NCBI GenBank assembly: GCA_964561585.1
Contig: CAZLQB010000002.1
Coordinates: 1 to 29,067, forward strand
Direction of reading: 5' to 3'
Source of the DNA: an uncultured Pseudomonadota bacterium
GTDB taxonomy: Bacteria; Babelota; Babeliae; Babelales; RVW-14
Length of the DNA: 29,067 nt
The translations under genes were made by a program, and so were the position numbers. Below are positions 8,920 through 16,749 of the stretch, piece after piece. Positions within the stretch are counted from its first letter, which is position 1; the number at the start of each line of letters is the position of its first letter. Under the pieces are notes generated by a model. It was not told where the DNA came from and did not search any database. It saw nothing but the letters and a program-made list of their open reading frames with translations.

Positions 8920-10151
8920 TATTGTCCAATGACACACAAAAAATCTTCAAATGAAATCAAGCCGGCATTAACCTTTGCAATGCCATCCTGAGCTAAAGTA
9001 AACATGCCACCATCAATTGCCCGCTGCCGTATGAGCTCACACGATGCTTTTTGAATAACTAATTCACGAATTTGATCGTCAAAAACAAGGAGTTCAAAAA
9101 GCCCCATCCGCCCTTTATAACCAGCTTGTCTGCAATGCACACAACCGCGCGGCTGAAATATTTTTTCTAGTTTTGCGTTATAACGCTGAGCGAGGTTAAG
9201 CGCATATTCATGCGGTTTGGTTTCGACTTTACAATGAGGACACAAAACACGTACAAGCCGTTGGGCGAGTACTCCTGTTACCGTTGCGTTAATCAAAAAC
9301 GGCTCAACATCCATATCTAAAAGCCTTATAACCGCACCCGCCGCATCATTGGTATGTAAAGTACTTACCACACGATGCCCGGTTAACGAAGCCTCGATGG
9401 CAATTTGCACCGTTGTTTTGTCACGAATTTCACCGATCATAATAACATCGGGATCCTGCCGCAACAAACAACGCAATCCACTATTAAAATTAAAACCAGA
9501 AAGCAGATTAACCTGGCTCTGCATAATGCCTGGGATATTATATTCAACCGGATCTTCCATGGTCACAATATTGCGCTCGGCACTATTTAAGTTTGCCAAC
9601 AATGCATAGAGCGTTGTTGATTTTCCTGAACCGGTTGGCCCAGTCAGTAAAAAAAAACCATGCGGATTGCCAATAATCTCTTTAAGTTTATCCAACGGAT
9701 CTTGAGAAAGACCAAGTTCTTGCAACGTCCGAACACCTTGGGAACGATCAAGAATTCTAATAACCATTTTCTCGCCAAACATTGATGGAAAAGTTGATAT
9801 ACGTAGATCGATTGCCGAACCATGGTTGCGTTCCTTGCTTGAAATATCAACACGAATTTTACCATCTTGGGGTAACCGCGATTGGGCAATATCAAGTGCC
9901 GCAAGAACCTTTAAACGCGAAATCGTTGGCGCATAATGCTCATAAGATATTTTTTCTTGATCGTAAAGAATGCCATCGATTCGATAGCGAACTCGTACAT
10001 GGTGCTCTTCTGGCTGAATATGGATATCTGATGCACAAAGTATAATTGCTTTATGCATCAGCACATCAACAAGCGCAATAGTTTTGTCTTCTATAATATT
10101 TTTGCGTAGCTTTTCTTCGTGACTCAGTAAACGATACACAAGCTCCCCCAC
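8919..10151 (-). CDS. GspE/PilB-family secretion ATPase (type II secretion / type IV pilus assembly ATPase core). It lacks the N1 domain and starts with GTG.
   Basis: Walker A LLTGPTGSGKST, Asp box, His box and a tetracysteine zinc motif (CPHCK...CVHC). 410 aa. SD GAGGGGG before the GTG. Confidence 0.8.
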   Translation of the reverse strand: MGELVYRLLSHEEKLRKNIIEDKTIALVDVLMHKAIILCASDIHIQPEEHHVRVRYRIDGILYDQEKISYEHYAPTISRLKVLAALDIAQSRLPQDGKIRVDISSKERNHGSAIDLRISTFPSMFGEKMVIRILDRSQGVRTLQELGLSQDPLDKLKEIIGNPHGFFLLTGPTGSGKSTTLYALLANLNSAERNIVTMEDPVEYNIPGIMQSQVNLLSGFNFNSGLRCLLRQDPDVIMIGEIRDKTTVQIAIEASLTGHRVVSTLHTNDAAGAVIRLLDMDVEPFLINATVTGVLAQRLVRVLCPHCKVETKPHEYALNLAQRYNAKLEKIFQPRGCVHCRQAGYKGRMGLFELLVFDDQIRELVIQKASCELIRQRAIDGGMFTLAQDGIAKVNAGLISFEDFLCVIGQ

Positions 10152-10170
10152 ATTTCCCCCTCAAACAAGA

Positions 10171-10581
10171 TCAACCCAATCGATAACCAACGAAAAAGCC
10201 AACCACCGATGAAATAAAGAACAACATATTATCGCGCACCCAATCAAAAAAACGATTGATAAACGCATTCATATCGCCACCACCGACAACACCATCACCC
10301 ATACCAACAAGCGCCTTGATTGCCTTAATATCGACAATAACTAATTTATTATAATGCAAAAGAAAAATAACAAATGTCGTAATAACAAGACTCATGAATA
10401 AAAATCTAAAATATTTTTTAAATAAAAAACCGATCGCAAAGCTTAGCCCAAAATATACGGCGGCTTGAACAGCCTGCGCCGAAGAACCCCCAATTCCCTC
10501 TGCCCATTGTTTCAAATCAAATTGCTGCCAAAAAACTTTTAGACTATCGACGGCAGAATTTACGTTAGAAGTAATTGACAT
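10171..10581 (-). CDS. Small hypothetical membrane protein co-transcribed with the GspE-like ATPase
   Basis: The probable start is ATG at 10581 (MSITSNV) behind the SD GAGGAGGGG. Three or four hydrophobic helices, a glycine-rich GMGDGVVGGGDM segment and no prepilin motif. A 19-nt gap separates it from the ATPase. Confidence 0.45.
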   Translation of the reverse strand: MSITSNVNSAVDSLKVFWQQFDLKQWAEGIGGSSAQAVQAAVYFGLSFAIGFLFKKYFRFLFMSLVITTFVIFLLHYNKLVIVDIKAIKALVGMGDGVVGGGDMNAFINRFFDWVRDNMLFFISSVVGFFVGYRLG

Positions 10582-10702
10582 ATCCCCTCCTCGTTTCCTT
10601 TTTTTTAATCCACCAACACGCCTCAATAGCATGTTAACGAATATAGTCTAGCACAGAGGGTTGTCTTATTGCGATAATCGACCAAAACATTCACCGATGC
10701 CC

Positions 10703-10740
10703 AATAAAAAAGGGCGCTAGCGCTTACGCTACCGCCCTTA
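10703..10740 (-). terminator. Rho-independent terminator downstream of the HU gene
   Basis: On the minus strand it reads AAGGGCG-GTAGCGTAAGCGCTAG-CGCCCTT followed by TTTTTTATT. Confidence 0.65.
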
Positions 10741-10762
10741 AAAATCAATTTTTCGCTAAAGA

Positions 10763-11035
10763 CTAGAGGACGATGTCCTTCAATCTCTTGCCAGGCTTGA
10801 ATTTTGGAACTCTCTTGCTTGGGATCTTCATCTTTTGGCCAGTTGCAGGATTGATACCAAGACGTTCTTTTCTTTTCATAACAGCGAAGGTTCCGAAGCC
10901 TGTTAAGACAACGGTTTTGCCTTTCTTGAGTGTGCCTTCAACGGCCTTGATAAAGGATTCTAAGGCACTTTTGCAAGTTGTTTTAGGCAACTTGGTTTCT
11001 TTTGCCATGTGTTCAATCAACGCAGCTTTATTCAT
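10763..11035 (-). CDS. hup: DNA-binding protein HU (HU/IHF family)
   Basis: A 90-aa protein, MNKAALIEHMAKETKL...GFGTFAVMKRKERLGINPATGQKMKIP...KPGKRLKD. This is the canonical HU fold sequence with the beta-arm. Confidence 0.9.
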   Translation of the reverse strand: MNKAALIEHMAKETKLPKTTCKSALESFIKAVEGTLKKGKTVVLTGFGTFAVMKRKERLGINPATGQKMKIPSKRVPKFKPGKRLKDIVL

Positions 11036-11295
11036 GGAAATCTCCTCTTTTAAAGAGCAGGTTAGACTATAACCATTTTTAACAACACCACCTACAACAT
11101 CAATCAGTGATCACTTATCACAGGATCGTTCATCAAATAACTTTTGTCAAGTATTCTTTATTAAAATTTTTGATCAAACACAAGACGCTGAGCGAACAAT
11201 TTTATGTTGGACTAAAAAACCAAAAAAAAATGAATCGTAAAAAAAGGACTTTTGCTTGGAAATAAAAGATTGTTTTTAGATGAGAGATAATAAAA

Positions 11296-11384
11296 ATGGT
11301 GCCGAGGGCCGGACTCGAACCGGCACGGGTTGTTCACCCGAGGGATTTTAAGTCCCTTGCGTCTACCAATTCCGCCACCCCGGC
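11296..11384 (-). tRNA. tRNA-Leu (anticodon UAA)
   Basis: The reverse complement folds as a cloverleaf: acceptor GCCGGGG/CCTCGGC, anticodon loop CTTAAAA, a long variable arm, T-loop TTCGAGT and an encoded CCA. Positions A36-A37-A38 make it an i6A37/ms2i6A37 substrate. Confidence 0.85.
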
Positions 11385-11395
11385 AACCATATATG

Positions 11396-11469
11396 TGGAG
11401 GCGGCACCCGGATTTGAACCGGGGGTCGCGGATTTGCAGTCCACTGCCTTACCACTTGGCTATGCCGCC
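11396..11469 (-). tRNA. tRNA-Cys (anticodon GCA)
   Basis: Reverse complement GGCGGCATAGCCAAGTGGTAAGGCAGTGGACTGCAAATCCGCGACCCCCGGTTCAAATCCGGGTGCCGCCTCCA. Anticodon loop CTGCAAA, T-loop TTCAAAT and an encoded CCA. Confidence 0.85.
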
Positions 11470-11482
11470 ACACAATTTTTTT

Positions 11483-12922
11483 TCAAGGAACAATAACTGC
11501 TGACATATTGGCTGGGCCAACGTGTTCAATCCGCACCGTCACAAACTGACCTATAAGGTCGTCATTTCCATCAAGAAGCACGCGGATATTTCCTTCAGTT
11601 CTTGATAAAAGTTTACCACGAGCTAGCCGTTTTTCAACAAGAACTTTAAAGTTTTTACCAATATGAGCAGAATTTACCGCTGCAGCAATCTCAATTTGTC
11701 GTTTTTGCAAAAATTCAAGCCGCCTTGTTTTTTCGGCCAAAGAACAATTATCCTCCATAGAACACGCTTTGGTATGGCGACGCGGCGAATAGATAAAGGA
11801 ATAAATCAAATCAAATCGTACGTTTTCTATCGCCTGCATAGTCTCCAAAAATTCTTGTTCGGTTTCGCCCGGAAATCCAACAATAAGATCGGTTGATATG
11901 CTTGCGCCGGGTAATTTTTCTCGAATCCACCCAATTTTTTCCATATATTCTTTGATGGTGTAATTTCTATTCATAAGCTGCAAAATTCTATCGCACCCAG
12001 ACTGCAGGGGAAAATGTATAGCGGCCGTTATTTTAGGCCGGTGCGCGGCAATAACGTCAAAAAGATCAAGGGTCATATCCTGAGGATGAGGACTGATAAA
12101 TCGAATCCAAAACGATCCAGGGATTTTGGCAACACGGTCAAGTAATTCAGGAAATTGCGCACCTGTTTCCAGGTCTCGGTATGAATTAACATTTTGACCA
12201 ATCAACGTTACTTCACGTGAACCCATGGCGACATCCTTGGTAACCGCGTCAATAATATCACGCATTGGATAACTGATCTCGCGCCCTCGGGTAAAAGGCA
12301 CAATGCAATATGAGCAATACTTGTTGCACCCGGTCATAATATTGATAAACGAGCGCTTAATTTCATCGGCTTTATTGCTTGCAACGCCATCATGTACATG
12401 TTTTTTTAGATTAAATTCACTGATATTGACCGGCAATATTTTGGTGCCTTTAAGCAGTGCCCGCCGCTCAACAACATTTTTAACGTCACGGTCTTGCCTA
12501 TTTTTTCCACCAATGTGGCTTTGAGGATCTTGTTCATGCAATTGTTTGAGGGTGCTTATTTTTTCTATGGCGTCGGCAAGATATGCTTGTAACGTCTGAA
12601 TCTCATCTCGTGCTCCATAAACAAAAGCAATGTGATCAAACGATTGATATATCTCAAGTTTACGATAACTGGCAACACACCCAATAACACCGATTTTTAC
12701 ATACGGTTTTGCTTTTTTTAATGGCGCTAGTTCACCAATATACGAATACAGCTTCTGCTCTGCCTTATCACGAATTGCACACGTATTGATAAGAATAAGA
12801 TCGGCCTCATGCAATGTATTTACCTGCTCACATCCAAGATCAAGCAAATACCGAGCAAGCCCTTCTGAATCGGCAACATTTGCCTGACATCCATATGTTT
12901 TTATAAAAAAAGAAACCACCAC
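11483..12922 (-). CDS. miaB: Radical-SAM tRNA methylthiotransferase of the MiaB family. It starts with GTG.
   Basis: N-terminal MTTase domain (IKTYGCQANVADSE), radical-SAM CxxxCxxC (CNKYCSYC) and a C-terminal TRAM-like region. Its stop lies 14 nt upstream of tRNA-Cys on the same strand. Confidence 0.8.
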   Translation of the reverse strand: MVVSFFIKTYGCQANVADSEGLARYLLDLGCEQVNTLHEADLILINTCAIRDKAEQKLYSYIGELAPLKKAKPYVKIGVIGCVASYRKLEIYQSFDHIAFVYGARDEIQTLQAYLADAIEKISTLKQLHEQDPQSHIGGKNRQDRDVKNVVERRALLKGTKILPVNISEFNLKKHVHDGVASNKADEIKRSFINIMTGCNKYCSYCIVPFTRGREISYPMRDIIDAVTKDVAMGSREVTLIGQNVNSYRDLETGAQFPELLDRVAKIPGSFWIRFISPHPQDMTLDLFDVIAAHRPKITAAIHFPLQSGCDRILQLMNRNYTIKEYMEKIGWIREKLPGASISTDLIVGFPGETEQEFLETMQAIENVRFDLIYSFIYSPRRHTKACSMEDNCSLAEKTRRLEFLQKRQIEIAAAVNSAHIGKNFKVLVEKRLARGKLLSRTEGNIRVLLDGNDDLIGQFVTVRIEHVGPANMSAVIVP

Positions 12923-13100
12923 AGCACCTCATGTTTTAGCCGCTAATTTTCCCTAAGTATAAACAACCCAACGCGATACTCAAGCACAAGCAAAAAACGC
13001 CATTAAAACCAGCAAAAAACACCGTGTAATTCTTTTCCTTGCTCATTAAAAAACACAACGAGTAGACTAATATAGTTTTTCAAACAAGAAAGGATTTTAA

Positions 13101-14078
13101 ATGAAAACCAAAAAACGCACAATTTCCCCTTTATCTAAGCTCATTTTAGGCGCAACACTTCTCTTTGCAACGGCACAAAATTGCACAGGAATGCAAGCCC
13201 CAGCGTCGCCAAAAAAAATGAGTTTTCCCCGCTCATTAACACCAGCCGCTCCCTTTGGTAGCCCTCGCCATTACCAACTCCGCCACAAGCGCTTCGAGCA
13301 TATAATTTTTGACCTTTTTGGGGTGTTGCTTTATGTCGATAAACCATTAGCAACAAAAACAATAGGAGCGAAATATGCATGTGATTTTGATCCCGAGGCG
13401 GTTATGAGTTGCCCCACCTGGCCGCGATTAGACTTAGGAATGGCAACAGCAGAAGACGTTGCCGCAGATCCAACCCACCACCAAAATCCAGCCGCTGTTG
13501 CTGAATATATTCATACAATAGGCCGATTTATTAAACCTATAAAAGTTGGCATTGAAATTTATAAAAAAATCAAAGCCCAGAATTATTATGTATATATTCT
13601 TTCAAACTTATCAGTCGACTGCTACAGCAACATTATTTATCAACCCTATTTTGACCGCGTATCGCGAACCATTGGCTGGGACTGTCCAAACATTTTTGAC
13701 GGCATTGCTGGTGGCGCGTACTCTTTTTTTCTAAGACTTGGCAAGCCAGCTCTCGATATTTATAAGCTTTTTCTCGACACCTTCCACCAAGCGTGGCATA
13801 AATCATCAGAAGATTTTGCACAAGAATGCCTTTTTATCGACGATTCTCCACGCAACCTCATTGGTGCTCAACAAGCTGGCATTGCTACCACAAGCTGCCA
13901 AACGCACGCCATTACGTATCTATTTTGTGTAAAAAACGGCATATTTCCACCAGATGAAGAGATAGAACGCCAATTGGACCCGCGTGAACTTGAAATTTTT
14001 GGAACATGGAGCATCGAAGAATTAGGCGACTACGACCGCATCAAAGAAGTTCTCAACGAACTACGCCCCGCAATATAA
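13101..14078 (+). CDS. Secreted HAD-like hydrolase with a degenerate motif I
   Basis: Signal peptide (LILGATLLFATAQNC, possible lipobox). Motif I is IIFDLFGVL, where the D+2 residue is Phe rather than Asp. Motif II ILSN, motif III GKP and motif IV FIDDSPRN. Confidence 0.45.
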   Translation: MKTKKRTISPLSKLILGATLLFATAQNCTGMQAPASPKKMSFPRSLTPAAPFGSPRHYQLRHKRFEHIIFDLFGVLLYVDKPLATKTIGAKYACDFDPEAVMSCPTWPRLDLGMATAEDVAADPTHHQNPAAVAEYIHTIGRFIKPIKVGIEIYKKIKAQNYYVYILSNLSVDCYSNIIYQPYFDRVSRTIGWDCPNIFDGIAGGAYSFFLRLGKPALDIYKLFLDTFHQAWHKSSEDFAQECLFIDDSPRNLIGAQQAGIATTSCQTHAITYLFCVKNGIFPPDEEIERQLDPRELEIFGTWSIEELGDYDRIKEVLNELRPAI

Positions 14079-14246
14079 TTTTCAAAATAAAGCCATTCAC
14101 TTTGCGCTCCTGCAAGATGGGTGGCTTTAAAAATGACATTTTTCGTGTTTCCTGCTAGGATTGGTGCACGGGGCTTTAATTATACAGCCAAGTCGTTCCC
14201 CCTTGGCAAACCCCCCTAAGAAATTGAATAATAACGAAAGGTTTGC

Positions 14247-15368
14247 ATGGCTATTCAAGCAGGACTCGTTGGACTTCCAAACGTAGGAAAATCAACACTA
14301 TTTAACGCATTGACCAATTCAAGCATCCCCGCAGAAAATTACCCTTTTTGCACCGTTGACCCAAATCTTGCCATCACCAACGTTCCTGATGAACGGCTTG
14401 AGCGGCTGGCCAAAATATTCAAATCGGGCAAACTCATCCCCGCAACGGTAAAGTTTGTTGATATCGCAGGCTTGGTTAAAGGAGCGGCCGAAGGCGAAGG
14501 CCTTGGAAACCAATTTCTTTCACATATTATGGAAGTCGACCTTATCCTCCATGTTTTGCGATGCTTTGAAGATGGAAATGTAACCCATGTCCATAACACC
14601 ATAAACCCTATCGATGACTTTGAAACAATTTGTGCCGAACTCATGCTTAAAGACCTTGAATCGGTTACCAAACGCGAAGAACGCTTGGCGGGCGTCATGA
14701 AAAAACATGGCAATACCCCACAGCAAATGAAAGAATATGAAGCAGAAAAAGCCTTCTTAACAAATGCCAAGGCGGCCCTTAATGCTGGCGATGGCGCAAA
14801 GGTCCAAGCAATTTTCGCCCAAGCCAAAGAAGCGGGCGTAGCAAGTATTCCACTCCTTGCCGGCAAAAATTATCTTATTATCGCTAACGTATCTGAAGAC
14901 GATTATGCCGGGAATAATTATCAATCAAACCATCAATACAAAATGCTTGTCGAAAAATTTGGCAAAGATAAAGTCATCCCCGTTTCGGCCAAAATTGAAT
15001 CAGAATTAGCTCAAATGAGCCCCGCAGACGCTGCCGAAATGATGGAGTCACTCAATATCACCGAAAAAGGGTTAGACAATATTATTGCTAAGGCGTACAC
15101 CAATCTCGGACTTATATCCTACTTTACCTGCGGTCCCAAAGAAATTCATGCATGGAGTATTCATTCAGGCACCAAATGCCCTAAAGCGGCCGGAGAAATT
15201 CACTCCGACCTTGAACGCGGCTTTATTTGCGCCGAAGTATATAACTGTGAGGATATTTTTGCAGCAGGCAGCGAACAACAACTCAAAGCTCAAGGTAAAC
15301 TTCGTATCGAAGGTAAAGAATATATTGTTCAAGACGGCGATTTGTTGAACATTAGATTTAATGTGTAA
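14247..15368 (+). CDS. ychF: Ribosome-binding ATPase YchF (Obg-family GTPase)
   Basis: G1 motif GLVGLPNVGKSTLFNALT, an inserted coiled-coil domain and a C-terminal TGS domain (GPKEIHAWSIHSGTKCPKAAGEIHSDLERGFI). Confidence 0.9.
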   Translation: MAIQAGLVGLPNVGKSTLFNALTNSSIPAENYPFCTVDPNLAITNVPDERLERLAKIFKSGKLIPATVKFVDIAGLVKGAAEGEGLGNQFLSHIMEVDLILHVLRCFEDGNVTHVHNTINPIDDFETICAELMLKDLESVTKREERLAGVMKKHGNTPQQMKEYEAEKAFLTNAKAALNAGDGAKVQAIFAQAKEAGVASIPLLAGKNYLIIANVSEDDYAGNNYQSNHQYKMLVEKFGKDKVIPVSAKIESELAQMSPADAAEMMESLNITEKGLDNIIAKAYTNLGLISYFTCGPKEIHAWSIHSGTKCPKAAGEIHSDLERGFICAEVYNCEDIFAAGSEQQLKAQGKLRIEGKEYIVQDGDLLNIRFNV

Positions 15369-15382
15369 ATAAGAGAGAAGAA

Positions 15383-15402
15383 TCCCGGATCATAGTCCGG
15401 GA
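15383..15402 (+). other. Intergenic hairpin between ychF and hisS
   Basis: TCCCGGA-tcatag-TCCGGGA: a perfect 7-bp stem with a 6-nt loop and no following T-run. It could be an RNA processing or stability element or a partial attenuator. Confidence 0.4.
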
Positions 15403-15421
15403 CGACAAAGAAGGAAAAGCG

Positions 15422-16732
15422 ATGACGAAAATCAATACGCAAGTTATGTCCGGGTTTATGGAATTACTTCCCGCCGACCAACTCCTCTTTAATAAGATGC
15501 TCGATACAATTAAAACAACTTACGAACGCTTTGGCTTTATACCACTTGATACCCCAGTAATTGAACGGGCGGAAGTGTTATTTACTAAGGCCGGCGAAGA
15601 AACAGAAAAACAAATTTATCGCATCGATAAAGGCGAAACCCCACAAGCATTGCGCTTTGATTTAACCGTCCCCCTTGCCCGTTATGTAAGCGAACACATG
15701 AATGAATTAGCGTTCCCATTTCGTCGTTATCACATTGGCAAGGTGTATCGTGGTGAACGGGCACAAAAGGGCCGCTACCGCGAATTTTACCAGTGCGATA
15801 TTGATATTATTGGTAATGAACACCTTCACTTGATCAATGATGCTGAAATTTTGAGCGTTATTAACGCAACATTTACAGCGCTTAATGTTGGTGATTTTAC
15901 CATCCGCATCAATAACCGCAAAATCCTTAATGGCTTTTTTGCCGGCCTTGGCGTTGGCGAGCAAATGACCCCCATTCTCCGTATTATCGATAAACTAGAA
16001 AAAATTGGTCGCGATAAAGTAATTGCCGAACTTGAAATTGCAGGAATTACCGGACCTATTATCGAAAAGATTTTAACCTTGGTCGCCCTTCGTGGCACAT
16101 CAACCTCAGTAATTGCAACGCTCAATAACCTCGCGATATCAAACGACCTATTTACACTCGGCGTCCAAGAAATGACCGCAGTTACCAAACACCTTGAAGA
16201 ACTTGGCGTTCCGACATCAAATTATGAACTTGATCTTTCAATTGCACGCGGCCTAGATTATTACACCGGCACCGTTTACGAAACAATGTTAAATGCCCTG
16301 CCTCAAATCGGGTCGGTTTGTTCGGGCGGCCGTTATGATAATTTGGCCGAATCATTTTCTAACAAAAAACTACCGGGCGTTGGCATATCAATTGGCCTCA
16401 CCCGCCTTTTTTCACAACTTAAAGAACATGCGCTTATCAGCTCAAATACAAGCACCCCAACAAAAGTAATGGTTATCCCGTTAATCGAAACGCTTACCAT
16501 TCCACTCGAAATAGCCACCAAATTACGTACCGCAGGAATTAACACCGAAGTCTATTTAGAAACCGGAAAAATGAAGAAAAAACTCGATTACGCCAATAAG
16601 TTGGGCATCGCTTTTGTTATTTTGGTCGGTGAAGATGAAATTAAGGCCGATAAATATACGGTCAAAGATATGAAAACCGGCGAACAAAAAACAGTAGGCC
16701 GCGACACTTTAATACAAAGCATCACGGCCTAA
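15422..16732 (+). CDS. hisS: Histidine--tRNA ligase
   Basis: Class II motif 2 with the HisRS signature (YHIGKVYRGERAQKGRYREFYQCDIDIIG), the histidine-binding GGRYDNL motif and a C-terminal anticodon-binding domain. Confidence 0.9.
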   Translation: MTKINTQVMSGFMELLPADQLLFNKMLDTIKTTYERFGFIPLDTPVIERAEVLFTKAGEETEKQIYRIDKGETPQALRFDLTVPLARYVSEHMNELAFPFRRYHIGKVYRGERAQKGRYREFYQCDIDIIGNEHLHLINDAEILSVINATFTALNVGDFTIRINNRKILNGFFAGLGVGEQMTPILRIIDKLEKIGRDKVIAELEIAGITGPIIEKILTLVALRGTSTSVIATLNNLAISNDLFTLGVQEMTAVTKHLEELGVPTSNYELDLSIARGLDYYTGTVYETMLNALPQIGSVCSGGRYDNLAESFSNKKLPGVGISIGLTRLFSQLKEHALISSNTSTPTKVMVIPLIETLTIPLEIATKLRTAGINTEVYLETGKMKKKLDYANKLGIAFVILVGEDEIKADKYTVKDMKTGEQKTVGRDTLIQSITA

Positions 16733-16749
16733 TTTAACGTATTATTTAA

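Noticed and set aside
11036-11470. Integrated mobile element or prophage at the tRNA-Leu/tRNA-Cys locus
   Set aside because: There is no integrase, no transposase and no duplicated tRNA 3' end nearby. The flanking genes (HU, MiaB) are housekeeping.
11296-11496. A 66-aa ORF on the plus strand
   Set aside because: It exactly overlaps the two minus-strand tRNA genes, so it is a translation artefact of structured GC-rich tRNA sequence.
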